A stretch of 64,000 nucleotides of DNA from Hemiscyllium ocellatum (Eukaryota): the NCBI RefSeq assembly GCF_020745735.1, contig NC_083432.1:1364001-1428000 (forward strand). The letters run 5' to 3'. The notes below the pieces were generated by a model. That model was not told the DNA's origin and made no database searches. It saw nothing but the letters and a program-made list of their open reading frames with translations. Shown in pieces: positions 26,230-38,999 of the stretch. The translations under genes and the position numbers were made by a program. Every line of letters starts with the position of its first letter. Position 1 is the stretch's first letter.

Positions 26230-27552
26230 GTTGTGGTTCTGCTCGCCGAGCTGGAAGTTTTTGCTGCAAATGTTTCGTTCCCTGGCTAGGGAACATCATC
26301 AGTGCTGTTGGAGCCTCGTGTGAAGCGCTGCTTTGATGTTTCTTCCGGTATTTATATTGGTTTGTTCTTGCCGCTTCCGGGTGTCAGTTTCAGCTGCAGT
26401 GATTTGTATGTGGGGTCCAGGTCGATGTGTCTGTTGATGGATGTTCTTGCCGCTTCCGGGTGTCAGTTTCAGCTGTAGTGGTTTGTATATGGTGTCCAGG
26501 TCAATGTGTCTGTTGATGGAGTTTGGGGATGAATGCCATGCTTCTAGGAATTCTCTGGCTGTTCTCTGTCTGGCTTGTCCTATGATAGTGGTGTTTTCCC
26601 AGTCAAATTCATGTTGCTGGTTGTCTGAGTGTATGGCTACTAGAGATAGCTGGTCGTGTTGTTTTGTGGCTAGCTGATGTTCATGGATGCGGATTGTTAG
26701 CTGTCTTCCTGTTTGTCCTATATAGTGTTTTGTGCAGTCCTTGCATGGTATTTTGTAAACTACGTTAGTTTGGTTCATTTATCACCAGATGCCTAAGAGA
26801 TAGACCGAGGAACGAGGACATGCCACAACCAAAAGGACTAGCCACTCTACCATACGTCAGGAGCGTCTTAGAACTGACAGCCAGACTACTGCGACCCTTA
26901 GGACTCATAACAGCACACAAGCCAACATCCACGCTCAGACAACAACTCACTAGAACAAAGGACCCAATACCCAGCATGAACCAAACTAACGTAGTTTACA
27001 AAATACCATGCAAGGACTGCACAAAACACTATATAGGACAAACAGGAAGACAGCTAACAATTCGCATCCATGAACATCAGCTAGCCACAAAACGACACGA
27101 CCAGCTATCTCTAGTAGCCATACACTCAGACAACCAGCAACATGAATTTGACTGGGAAAACACCACTATCATAGGACAAGCCAGACAGAGAACAGCCAGA
27201 GAATTCCTAGAAGCATGGCATTCATCCCCAAACTCCATCAACAGACACATTGACCTGGACACCATATACAAACCACTACAGCTGAAACTGACACCCGGAA
27301 GCGGCAAGAACATCCATCAACAGACACATCGACCTGGACCCCACATACAAATCACTGCAGCTGAAACTGACACCCGGAAGCGGCAAGAACAAACCAATAT
27401 AAATACCGGAAGAAACATCAAAGCAGCGCTTCACACGAGGCTCCAACAGCACTGATGATGTTCCCTAGCCAGAGAACGAAACGTTTGCAGCAAAAACTTC
27501 CAGCTCGGCGAGCAGAACCACGACAACGGATACCCGAGCTACAAATCTTCAA
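26230..27552. mobile_element. Recent Penelope-like element (GIY-YIG endonuclease) with inverted 5' duplication and 12-bp TSD
   Basis: ORF 26820-27455 (+): ATLPYVRSV...VVYKIPCKDCTKHYIGQTGRQLTIRIHEH; near-identical inverted copy 26230-26778; TSD TCATTCTTCTCT at 26218-26229 and 27553-27564; hammerhead motifs in both 3' ends. Confidence 0.93.
27447..27495 (+). ncRNA. Minimal hammerhead ribozyme motif in Penelope 3' end
   Basis: GCA-CTGATGA-TGTTCCCT agcc AGAGAAC-GAAAC-GTT-TGC; mirror copy on minus strand at ~26266-26307. Confidence 0.68.
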
Positions 27553-29759
27553 TCATTCTTCTCTCTCCGTAAGGACATGGTCGCTGGTTTTCCCCTGAGG
27601 TCAGTGCAAAAGTCTATGAGTTCATTCCAGGCCCTATACTTTATGGTTAAGTTCCACCCCAGCCAGCTGGTAAAGATGGAGATTTGAGTATTGATGAAAA
27701 AAACGTCATTTTTTTTAAGTCTTAGTCCCATACTCATCAGGACGCGCTCAACTATTCCAATGCAAAAGGGGAAACCATTCAATCTGGATGGGTAATGTGT
27801 GCTGATTGGTCAAGGCATGGAGAATGGACCAGTTATGTCTGGCATTAACTGCTAAGACTTGTTGTGGCTTGTTTTGATTCGACTAAATAGGTGATGGCCA
27901 TTCTCTGATTCATTTCGCAGGGCAATACCTTGATTAGTCAGTCAACCTGCAAAATTAAAATTTAACAAAGTTTAGCTGTCAACTGTCCATCACCATCTGA
28001 CCAGTCCATGTTCCATTAGTAACATCTCTATCAATCCTAATGCACTTTCCAACCCATTAGAACTATGTTTTTGTACCGTTTCCCTTTATGTCAATATTCT
28101 TGCAGCTTTCCAGATGAATTAAAGGCCCTTCTGTTTACAGTCATACCCATTTTTTTTGTTTACAAACAACTGTTTGAACACGGGAACTCTGTGAAAGGAA
28201 TATCCAACATACAGCTGGTATGATTAAAATGGAATCTAGGACTTGAAATGATTTAACCCCATGACAAGCCCATTTTGTTCTTGCAAATCCTCTTTGAATA
28301 TTGTATCAGTCTGGCTGTTTGAAGACAAGTTTGGAAAATTTATCATTTCTGTTAACTGCTGTTTAATAAATTGCTGGAACTGTGGAAAGTGCATTCTGAT
28401 TTATTCATGAAACGTTGATACTTTGTGAACACAGGAAGTATGCACAATGCAAATAGAAATCCCATTTAATGCTGCCTGGACAATACTGATCAACTGAAAT
28501 TTGTGTTTATCGAGGAAGAACTGAGATCTTAACTGGATCACTGTCATCTAATATATTGAATTTAAATTTATGTCTATCTTTAAATTCTTCATGTCCTCGA
28601 TCCAAGCGCTCTCTTGGATCATCTATACACACATTCTGTTCTTTGGTTCTCTGATTGCTTTCTGTCTTCCTTTTGTCCATGTTTATGATTGAGCCCCTGA
28701 ATTGGCTGTACCTTATTGATAAACTTCCTCAGATGCCCTGTAGCACTCAGTCTCTGTCTTTTAAAGATTGCTGAAAAGCCTGTTTCACATTTCTGGTCCG
28801 CATTCCTTATTCTTCTGATACATGACAGCACCTTTCTCTCATTTGGCATTAAGTACAACCTTTTCCAGTTAAAACACCATGAAATATGAACATGTAATCT
28901 TTCTTTTAGCAGATTTAAGTGGTTCTAATTCAGCCCAATTCAGAGTACTGAATTATACATCCAGGTTAAGACTGTTTTTGTTGAACTATACCGATTTTGA
29001 CAAGTTTGCCACCCCTTCATGTTCTTAAATATTGGAAACAGACTAACACCGATGAGATTGGGTTCTATCAGCCCAGTCGGGACAGACTGCAAGGTCATTT
29101 GGAGGATAATAGGGTGTAAGATGACAAGGGAAGGAAGGAGTTGCAGTGCCTCCCATATTTCCACCTCCATGGTATTTTGTTGCTCTCAAAACAGGGAAAG
29201 GATGGCCTCTCAAGTGGCCAATGTAGAGTCTGTTCCCACCAATGCTGGCACTTTAGTAGCAGTAGGTGGGTCCTGCATTTTGTGGGAGTCTACCTCCTGA
29301 ATCCTAGAGGCATGCCTGCAGACTCAGGATGCCCGTCCCAAACAAGTACCATATGCCTCACAACAGGGTATCCCATCTGGAAACTGGAACATTCTCCTGT
29401 CCAAGGTGGAGATCATTACTGGAACTGGATATCCAAGTGACTGAGTGGAAGAGGCCATGGGAGATGCAGTGTATGCAATGTTGCCAGGCTAGATTGGCAG
29501 GTCCTACTGAGGCCATTAATGAGTCATGTAAGATTCCCCCAATTGGTACATGGACAATGGGTTACTCTACTCCTTGCAGGAGTATTATGAGTACTGCTGT
29601 TTCAGTGCTTTCAACAAATATTGAAGAGTGGCCATTTGCTAAAATCATTTACATTCAGTGCTCTACAATTGAGTTTATTTTTATGAACAACTTTATAATT
29701 CTCTAGATGTTTAAAAATACTTTATTAGTTTCATACTATAGTGATTTTTAACAGAGGAT

Positions 29760-30330
29760 TACAGAGAACAGAAACAGACCATTTGGTAACAATCAGTCCG
29801 TGCCAGTGCTTATGTTCCCCTGGAGCTGATTTGTATCTTCCCTCATCTAAATTGCCCTTTGCAATTCTCTACTCCCATCCCTTCCATGTGCTCGCCTAGT
29901 TTCTTTGAAATACATCTGAACTATTTATGTCACCCATTCTGTGTTGTCACATATTCCCTGTTCTCATCATTCTCTCAGTGAAGAGGTTTCTTCTGAATTC
30001 TCTTGTATTTCTTGTCTTTTTTTCATTGACAGCCACTAGTTTATGCTCTACCCCACAAGGGAAGTTTTTTGTACCCACTCTAATTTTAGAGCCATAAGGC
30101 TTCTTTTCGTTTCAAGACAGAAGTGAACAACAACAATTCTTTCTTGATATAAACATCCATAAATTTGTGTATCATCATGATAAATATTCTCTTCACCCTC
30201 TGTAGTACGTCTGTATCCATTCTGTAACGTGGCAACTGGAACTGCACGCAATGCTCTTAATTATAGTCTAATCAAATTTTTATAGGGACATTGCAAGACA
30301 TCCCTACTTTTAAATCAGTCCATTTAGAGA
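29760..30330 (-). mobile_element. Highly degraded CR1 3' fragment
   Basis: CR1-like tail ACAGAGAACAGAAACAGACCATTT and LINE-like residual sequence. Confidence 0.55.
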
Positions 30331-30912
30331 TAAAGCTGAGGGCTTAGTTTGCATTTTTATGGCTTTCGTAACCTGTTGTGATTTTTTTTAGTGACTGGTG
30401 TAATTTTCTGAGATCCCTTTGTTTGTTTCCTGCACTTAGATGAGCACCTTTCGATAGTATCCTGCATCACCTGACACGTATCTGTGTTTAACTTCATTTG
30501 TCAATTATTTGACCATCCCGTAAATTTATTAATGCCATCTTGTAACTTCTTGCAGTCCTCAGAGTCGACTGTTGTGCACATTCCCTTTCTAATTTGATGT
30601 CATTGATTTGTTAAATGTTTAATAATTAGAGAGAGTATTTAATTTGCAGTTCTACCTTATTTTATTTAGAATTTTTGCTGCAGTATATAGGGAGGTGCAG
30701 TAATCCATATGGTAGCTACAATAATTAAATGTAGAATGATGGGTAGCTGAATATTATCAAAGACACAGCACTACTTAATCAGCTCTGTGAACTGCAAGGG
30801 CAAAACAGGAAATTAATTTTTACACGAATCTTACTGATAGATTACTCGTAGCACAATGACTTTTTCCCCAAGTTTTCGGTGCACCTGGTATCAAATTGAA
30901 AAGACATCCAGT

Positions 30913-31305
30913 AAGAGGCACTCCTAACCACATCCACAAACACTAAAGGAAAAATATTCACCCCAAGTGGTTGAAAAAAATAAATTAAGGGACATGTGCA
31001 CAAAACCTATTCCTAAAGTCCACAGATCCTACAAACAAAAGCATGAAGCAATGTTCTTACTGTGGATGTAATTGATGATCATGATTTGCCAAGTAATTGG
31101 TCACCAATAAGTGAAGATGAAAATCACATTTGAACTCTCATCCAGTACTCGCTACAATTTTCAGCTAACTGCTGGCACAGCCCATAGTTAACATATAATA
31201 ACAGAGTTAAACTAACTGTTCCAATAAAAAAGTCCTCAAATGATAAACAATGATAATATTCTTCATTTTTTTTAAAGAAAGACAATATAATTCATAATGT
31301 TCTGA
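30913..31305 (+). repeat. Left arm of ~395-bp inverted duplication
   Basis: Reverse complement of 32566-32961 with only scattered mismatches. Confidence 0.95.
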
Positions 31306-31504
31306 CGTGGATAATGAAAGAATATGTGCAGTTAGTGTTAGCAAGTTCTTGCTCAGATTCAATAATGCAAGAATAGAGACAGATAGAGAATCACATTTGA
31401 GAAACACCTGACTGCTAAAAGAAGACATAATGGTCTCTGCTTACATTATTTTGATGCCGATAGATTAGATTGGATCAATAAACAATCTAACTACGTTCTC
31501 TCAG

Positions 31505-31634
31505 GTTTATATTCAATAGGTCACACTTGAAAACTATAAAAATGAAAACGGCAACATCTTTACAGCTGCTTCCACATTAATCATTCTATTCTGCCTGAGT
31601 ATTATCTGCAGCGCTGCCACCACTCTGGGTGAGG
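31505..31634 (+). pseudogene. IGHM: IgM transmembrane exon TM1 (frameshifted), inverted relative to the rest of the cluster
   Basis: Acceptor CTCTCAG; reads ENGNIFTAASTLIILFCLSIICSAATTL(V), matching the Ig-heavy TM pattern (TASTFIILFxLSIxYSAxxTLVK); donor GTGAGA; single-nt indels. Confidence 0.85.
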
Positions 31635-31773
31635 GTGAGAATAATCAAATCTTTCACACGTCAAGTAACCAAATATGTTTTGTGAAATCTCCAAGTGTGT
31701 TGTTGAATTAAAATTACAACATGAATGTCTCTGATAATAAACATCTGCATCATTACTTTGTGTCTCTTTTCAG

Positions 31774-31782
31774 GTTAACTGA
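31774..31782 (+). pseudogene. IGHM: IgM TM2 exon coding part (VN*; canonical VK*)
   Basis: Polypyrimidine acceptor TGTCTCTTTTCAG followed by GTT AAC TGA, 140 bp after TM1. Confidence 0.75.
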
Positions 31783-32565
31783 GTGAGTTGTGGGCCCCCT
31801 CGATTTTCCTTCTCTGTTTATCAAGTTCTCTAAATGCTCAAAAACTACAATCTGTCCTGTACTTCACTCTAACAGTGAGATGACATGCATTTATCAGTGT
31901 GTAACTGAGAAAATTATTGATGGCTTTTCCTTTTCACTTTGCTTGATATTATTGAAATGATTCTGTTTGGAAAAATTTGTAGTTTCCCAATTGTTTGAGA
32001 TCCATGTGTTCTGTTTTTATTTATGCCTTCTACAGAATAGCTGCCTACGCTTTATGTTGAGGCCATGTTTTTTTCTTTCTGGTGACTTTTACAGATTTAC
32101 ATAAAATTCACAGCCCTCGACACTATCGACAGTACCTCCAGCCTTGTGTCATAATCCCAGGGAATGAGACTGAGATATATACGATACAGGGATATTACTG
32201 AACAGCAGCCCTCAAAAACTATAAATCATAGGTCGATGTCGATCGGGCAAGGCAGAGATCAGAAGGACTGGAAATATTCAGCCATTGGGTTCTATATGAT
32301 GCAAGGCAGAATTCCGCACTAATCACAGCAACTGTTCACTTATTGTGGAACTTATCTGGTCTAGAGACTCTGAAACCTTCTCCAATAGTTATGGTTTTAT
32401 TTGATCTTGGCACTACATATGTAATATGAATCCCTTCTGCAAACAATTGTAGGTTTTTCAAATAATCCATCAATTTAGATTTGCCTCGGCCAAATTTGAT
32501 ATCTTGGCCAATCTAGAACAGTCAATGGAGGGTAAGTATTCGAGGCCTGAGAAAGACTCAGTGCC

Positions 32566-32961
32566 TCAGAACATTATGAATTATATTGTCTTTTTTTTTT
32601 AAGAAATGAAGAATATTATCATTGTTTATCATTTGAAGACTTTTTTTATTGGAACAGTTATTTTAATTCTGTTATTATATGTTAACTATGGGCTGTGCCA
32701 GCAGTTAGGTGAAAATTGTAGCGAGTACTGGATGAGAGTTCAAATGTGATTTTCATTTTCACTTATTGGTGACCAACTACTTGGCAAATCATGATCATCA
32801 ATTACATCCACAGTAAGAACATTGCTTCTTGTTTTTGTTTGTAGGATCTGTGGACTTTAGGAATAAGGTTTTGTGCACATGTCCCTTAATTTATATTTTT
32901 CTACCACTTGGGGTGAATATTTTTCCTTTAGTGTTTGTGGGTGTGGTGAGGAGTGCCTCTT
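32566..32961 (-). repeat. Right arm of ~395-bp inverted duplication
   Basis: Reverse complement of 30913-31305. Confidence 0.95.
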
Positions 32962-33139
32962 CCTTTACACTTGCCCATATTGGAGTTTTAGCATGAATTA
33001 ACACACTCAGGTTCCTTTAATGCTGGTGTGCTCATTCACCTGTTTGTGCACCGAAATTTTATGCATTTCATAATGCATAAGCATTGTCATGCTAATATGC
33101 TACTTTGTTGATGACTATGCTTATCTTTAATGTTTTGTG

Positions 33140-33910
33140 AATATTTACTTTTCATTAGTGCCATCTAAAATATGTGTTCATGTATCTATTTCAGATCCTA
33201 ACTACATTAGGTTATTTTCATACTTGTGCTCAACAAAGTTTAGCATGCAACACCATGTTTGGAAGGCTGTTTATATTTATGTGATGATGTCTGCTTGTAT
33301 AGCAATTTATCCAAAACCATCTCCTGATGTATTTTTTCTGTTATTGTGTGTGGATGGTTGCTGACAATTGTGTCATTTTCTTTGTTTAATTCATGCCCTG
33401 AGACTGAATTTGTGTATACGTGCTGATCAATGCATTTTAAAAATAAATAATTAAGCGGTCTCTTCCATCATATGTTTGTGATTATGAAATTGGGAAAATA
33501 ATGAGATTAATATTTATCTCCGTGCTCATATATATCTCGATGAGTCTGCATGTGGGGGGATATTTTTCGGATGTTATATCGGAGTGTTTATGCATGCATA
33601 TCTATAAGCATTACGCTGTATGAATTCATATGTACTCGTGTCCATTTCTGTGTTAACGTGTGTCTATGGTTTTTCATGGTTATGTGGATATTCCTGTTAA
33701 TTTGTGCATGTGCCTTTCTTTCAGTGTTTATGCATTTTTGTAAGTGCTTAGATGAATGTTCAAATAAAAATTTTCATGTGTGGCTCTGTACGTGGTTGCA
33801 TGTATGATGGCATATCTGTATGCACATTTGTGTGCACTCATAAGTATGTGCCTTCAGATGAGAGTCTGTATATGTGTCTTTAGTTTGTATTTGTGAGCAT
33901 CTCTCTGTAT
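33140..33910. repeat. Degenerate TG/TA-rich low-complexity tract
   Basis: Many TGTG/TATG/GTGT units, an eroded microsatellite-like region. Confidence 0.6.
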
Positions 33911-34829
33911 CAGTGTGTATTTCTACTCTTATACCAAATTGTAATTTTTATTATTGTTATAATTTTAATGGAATGCCAACAATTAGATCTCACCCTGATG
34001 GTGTGGAGAAAAATTCTCATCACCATGGAGCGATAAGTGCTTTGTGAAGGACTCTTTTGTTGCAGTGATAGAATTGCTGTCTCTGAGACAAGAGACCTGA
34101 GTTCAAATCCCACTGCTCCAGAAATGTATAATACCATTTCCTAATACGCTGATTAGAAGATATCTGCTCGTGTTCTGTACTTGTATCAAAATGATGTCAG
34201 ATATTCGAATATGAGAATTTATCCCATGTGCTCCAGAAAACAGAGACAAAACTCTGGAATACAAGCTGGGATGATGTCAACATTAGTTTTGGATTAAGGG
34301 GAGTCGATGTTAACAAATGCTGAACACATCCTAGCGTATTCAACATGCTTCAAAGGTATTATTTCGCATGGAAATTCTAAATCTTCAGACAGTAAGCAAG
34401 AAGCTGACTGTTCCTGTTACAACTAGGTTACATTACAGAGGATGCCTGCTGTGAAAACTCTGCACAGAGATTAAAGTACAGACTGTTAATCATTCTCCTC
34501 TCCTCCTCCATCTGCTCAACAACAACTTTTCTGTGCATTCTCTTTGGTGTAAAAGTGAAGATATTTTCTGTCAACTAATGCACTGGTGCAAGATTCCTGG
34601 CCGTTCCCCAGAAACAAAGGTTAACTTCAAGTTCTTCTGCGTTCTTTGCGATTGGTATGTCCCAAAACAAATTGTAAAGTCTCTTAAGTGTATATTCCCA
34701 GTTGAGGCGATGTGGCAGTTTGGGTTGACATTGTTTTTGTAAGAGTAGGCAATCAGAGAGTCAGGAAAACCAAGTTCAAAATTTGTGGTCTTCATGTGCC
34801 ATAAAATGGACGTTGTCAGATTTCATCTC

Positions 34830-35125
34830 AGAACAAAGAACAAAGAATATTTACAGCCCAGAAACAGGCCCTTCGGCCCTTCAAGCCTGAGCCGATCCAA
34901 ATGTACTGTCTAAACCTGTCGGTCAATTCCTAAGCATCTGTATCCCTCTGCTCCCCACCTACTCATGCATCTGTCCAGACTCATCTTAAATGAATCTAAA
35001 GTGCCTGCCTCTACCACCTCTGCTGGCAACGCGTTCCAGACACCTACCACCCTCTGTGTGAAGTACTTGCTGCATGTATCCCCCTTAAACTTTCGACCTC
35101 TCACTTTGAAAGCATGACCTCTCAT
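34830..35125 (-). mobile_element. CR1 3' end with (AGAACAA)n tail
   Basis: MRGHAFKVRG...YFTQRVVGVWNALP...SFKMSLDRCM. Confidence 0.88.
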
Positions 35126-35467
35126 TATCCCAGAGAGATTTACTTTGCAGAATCCTGTAATGAGTGAGCTTTATTCTGTCTCTGACCAAGGTGTGTATGA
35201 GAAGGAAACATTACTTGCACGAGTCCTAGACCCATCAATAATCAAGGCAAAAGTGAGGACTGCAGATGCTGGAGATCAGAGTCTAGATTAGAATGGTGCT
35301 GGAAAAGCACAGCAGATAAGGCAGCATCCGAGGAGCAGAACTGTACAGATAGAATATAAGTAAAAGTGGGAAACACAATTAATCAGAGTTGTATACTTAA
35401 TTCACAATTGGAGGAAAAAAATAATTTTATTACTTTTGTTTAATTATTAGATTCAACTTTGAGATTT

Positions 35468-35851
35468 TTATTGACATGGATTTACAGTGTCCAAGTGAAA
35501 TGTTCACAAAACTCGGTTTACTGCTGGGTTTATCAACTGTTCTGTTGATGATCTTCAATGGAATCGCTTCATGTCTCACCACACAGGAGTAAGAAGCACC
35601 ACTGGCCCACTCCTCCGCTGTAATGGATAACAGACTGTACATGAAGAAGGAGGTGTTGTCACTCTCCGCTATCACCTCGGTGTTCTTGTAGTTACTGTGA
35701 TTCACCGGCTTGTCGTTGTTTGTCCATTTGATGAAGATCTCTCGGGGGGAGAAACCTCTCACTAAGCAGGTGAGGAAGAGAAACCTAAGAGCAGAGATTT
35801 CTTCTGTTGGTGACAGGAGGACAGACACTGATAGCTCCAGCGGATTTATCG
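35468..35851 (-). pseudogene. IGHM: IgM CH4 exon plus secretory tailpiece (domain open; tail frameshifted)
   Basis: Acceptor TTCTGCAG; [12 protein letters not shown]...[17 protein letters not shown]...[41 protein letters not shown], matching shark mu CH4; residual DTVNPCQ* out of frame; AATAAA overlaps the old stop. Confidence 0.93.
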
Positions 35852-36300
35852 CTGCAGAATATTTGAGAAAAATATCAATCAATGATAAAAATACAGAATC
35901 AATTTCACTAAATATTAAAATATGTCATTTTTAATTTGGAATTTATTCACTTTCATTTTCTAAAGAAGCAGAATGGTACACATTCTATTCATTCAAAGAA
36001 ATCAAGAGCTTAATTTGAAAGTCACCTCCATGTTTCCAGCCCACAACAAGGACATTCTGGCCATTTGTCATTGCTGATGGTGACGTCACAACCCAGGCCT
36101 CTTCCCACCTTATCTGACCGAATCAGAATAGAATATCCTTTGGTCTGTCTTCTTCTTAATCAGCTACTGAACTATCCTGCTATCACACGAATCATTAATG
36201 CTCCCAACGGTGTTTGTTCATGACCAATCAAAGCCTGCCATTGATGTTACTGGATCTAGATTATACATGGGATCCACTGTGCTTTACCCTTACTGCTCAC

Positions 36301-36597
36301 TTTTCTTCTTGTGGGTGGCGTCTCTCAGAAGTGTCGGTAAATACTGATGGTTCACCACACATTCAAAATCAACACCACTCAGTCAGGCTTCAGGAGAAAT
36401 ACCGAATTTGCTGATCACGCTGTCAGGCTGGTCACCAATCCCTCATTTCAGAGGTTTATTTTCTTGTATCCAGGTGACATTGACTCCAAAAGGAAGGTTG
36501 GACCCGATTCAGGTTAACGTTACCGTCACCTCCAGTAAGACCTGTTCTATGGCCGGTGTATTATTGTAACTATGTAATCTGCCACTCGGTAACACCT
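36301..36597 (-). pseudogene. IGHM: IgM CH3 exon with three in-frame stops
   Basis: 297 nt, phase 1-1, acceptor TTCTTTCAG, donor GTGAGC; PAIEQVLLEVTVTLT*IGSNLPFGVNVTW...EA*LSGVDFECVVNHQYLPTLLRD; first Cys and a conserved Trp are now TGA. Confidence 0.9.
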
Positions 36598-37759
36598 CTG
36601 AAAGAAAATCAATGAAAAATGTGTCTTAAGGATCAGAACACACAATCTTCCGGCTCTTTTCTCACACGGTGAAGAAACCACCTACAACAAGACAACTTCC
36701 AACTAATGCTGAAACTATTTTACTGTTGTTTCTATATTTTGGTTGTGAAAACATTGTGATTACCTGGAAGATACCCTGTGTGATTATTCCTAAAGACACT
36801 GGCTTTGTAACAAGTGAAACCTGTGACAAAAGTAAAATCGACAAAGGTATCATGATGTAACCCATGGAGTAACCTTTCTTTCAGAGTTCTTTTTTCACTT
36901 AAGACCAACTATTGATACTTGTCACAAGAGTAATCTGTATATAATGAGTTCATTTCCATGTTCATGGACCTTACGTGCAAATGCTGTTGGTTACACTGAG
37001 TGCCAAATCACATTCCAAATTTTGGATAAAATACAATAAATTACAATTATTCTCTTTGTCCTCATGCACTTGCAGAGGATGTAAAGTGTTACAGGAGCAG
37101 AGAACAGCCACGGAAATTCTCTTTAATATGTTTAATGTGATCGACAATACTTTGCACTGATTGATGTGAGATCGTTCTCTAAAATATGCATTATTCCTCA
37201 TGTGCCAAATTTGGAATAGATTTGAAAACAAGACACTGACTACAGAATTGGATAAAGTGGAGGACATCAATCACATCTTTCCTTTCATTCCGTTAGTCCA
37301 TGACTGGTCTGCACGTTTAGTTTAAATACCAATCTGCAATATTTAAGTTCTTCGTGGAGCAAAACAAAAGGCAGAAGCATTTTTAATTAACGTACAAACT
37401 TGATGGAAATTTGTGCTAATTTTATTCAGACCCCCACGACTCAGTGTGTGAAAATCTTCATGTGTGAAACCAGGCTGAAACATTTTCCTGCCACATCCAC
37501 TAATTACATGGAGTGTTTTAACGAGGCTCAATTAGATCACATTTATCCCAGTTACTCAAATATGATACCCACTCGGCCTGTGGGCCGGTCCGATGAATGA
37601 AGCTAAAGAGCTCAGTACCAGATAAGGTCAATGTTATACAATGCCCAATGCCAACAGGTCATTCCTGAACTGGGAATGAGGTATTGAACTTAATTATGAT
37701 TTATTTTCAAGTAAGGGTCACTTCACATTTTTGCCATGTCATTTTGAGACCACTAGATC

Positions 37760-38105
37760 GTGAGCTATAGGAACAGATTGAGGCTGTTCAGCCAATGGAT
37801 TATGGCTAATATGTTTCTCAACCCCATTCTCATGCCTTCTCCTTGTATAAACAAGAGTCGATCTATATCCGAATAAATGTACACAATGGCCTGGCCTCCG
37901 CAGCCCTCTGCAGCAATGAGTTCCACAGATTCATCTCCCTCTGGCTGAAGATATTCCTTCCCATCTCAGTTCTAAATGGTGCTCCCTTTTTCCCTGAGAC
38001 GGTGCCCTCGGGTCCTAATCTCGCCTACCGGTCAAAACATCTACTCCACGTTCACTTGATCACAGTCTCTCAGTATTTTCTAAGTTTCAATGAGATATCT
38101 CTCCA
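37760..38105 (-). mobile_element. CR1-like 3' fragment
   Basis: CCTGGCCTCCGCAGCCCTCTGCAGCAATGAGTTCCACAGATTCA, typical antisense CR1 3' region. Confidence 0.7.
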
Positions 38106-38662
38106 ATCTCCCACCCCCTCCACCTGCCAACCTTTATCTTTGAGGTCGCTACCAGACATGGATTCAGTACTCTAACTGCCTCCTCCCGTATGATCAACTA
38201 AAAAGCTATTTAACAAAGACAGTTAATCCAGTTCACTGTCAATGTGTCTTCAACGTAGAGGGAAGCATGCTTTTCTGATTGGCTAAAATGTGGAATTATA
38301 AGCAATGGTAACATACCACTCAAACTGAAATAAGAGACACATGGCCCGTTGGTAAATGAGAAGCTGCACTGTGCTGTTTACTAAGCCTGATAAATTTGTG
38401 TGTTTGATTTGGTTAATAAATACTAACCCCAATATTACAAGAGCCAAAATTGTGCATAGTGCTGTAGAAACTGGGATCCACACAGAAAGATCAGCAGGAT
38501 GATGTGAATGGCTAAAATTAGAGGATGCTGCAAAGGAGTCAAGGAAGCGTAGAAATTGTAGGCAGATTAAATCAGAAGGGAAGATAACAATGTTGGATGG
38601 TATCCGTTTTAATGAATGAGTCTGATGAACAAGATAGATGAGTTATCAGCATAAATGAGGAA

Positions 38663-38992
38663 TTAGATTAGATTTCCTACAGTTTGGAAACAGGCCCTTT
38701 AGCCCAACAAGTCCTCACCGACCTTCTGAAGAGTAACCCACCCAGAACCATATCCCTCTAACTGATGTAACCATGAAATGAACCATATCACTCTAACACT
38801 ATGGGCAATTTAGCATGGCCAATTCACCTGACCTGCACATCTTTGGATTGTGGGAGGAAACCGGAGCACCTGAAGGAAACCCTCACAGACACCGGGAGAA
38901 TGTGCAAACTCCACACAGACAATTGTGCCAGGCTGGTATTGAACCTGGGACCCTGGTGCTGTGAGGCAGCAGTGCTAACCACTGAGCCACCA
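38663..38992 (-). mobile_element. HE1-type SINE
   Basis: Same conserved core and (AGATT)n tail as 19717-20013. Confidence 0.88.
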
Positions 38993-38999
38993 TGAATTG

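Noticed and set aside
35430-36597. Assignment of the last two C exons to IgW or IgNAR (which would make an IgM/IgW chimera)
   Set aside because: The motifs EQVLLEATVTLTC and [26 protein letters not shown] match shark mu CH3/CH4 as recalled; the IgNAR terminus differs (LNRDLIRSTNKSNGKPSSVNVS). All parts are consistent with IgM.
36680-36830. FVTGFTC...F...P resemblance to the second half of mu CH2
   Set aside because: Only four scattered identities; the upstream frame shows no CH2 similarity
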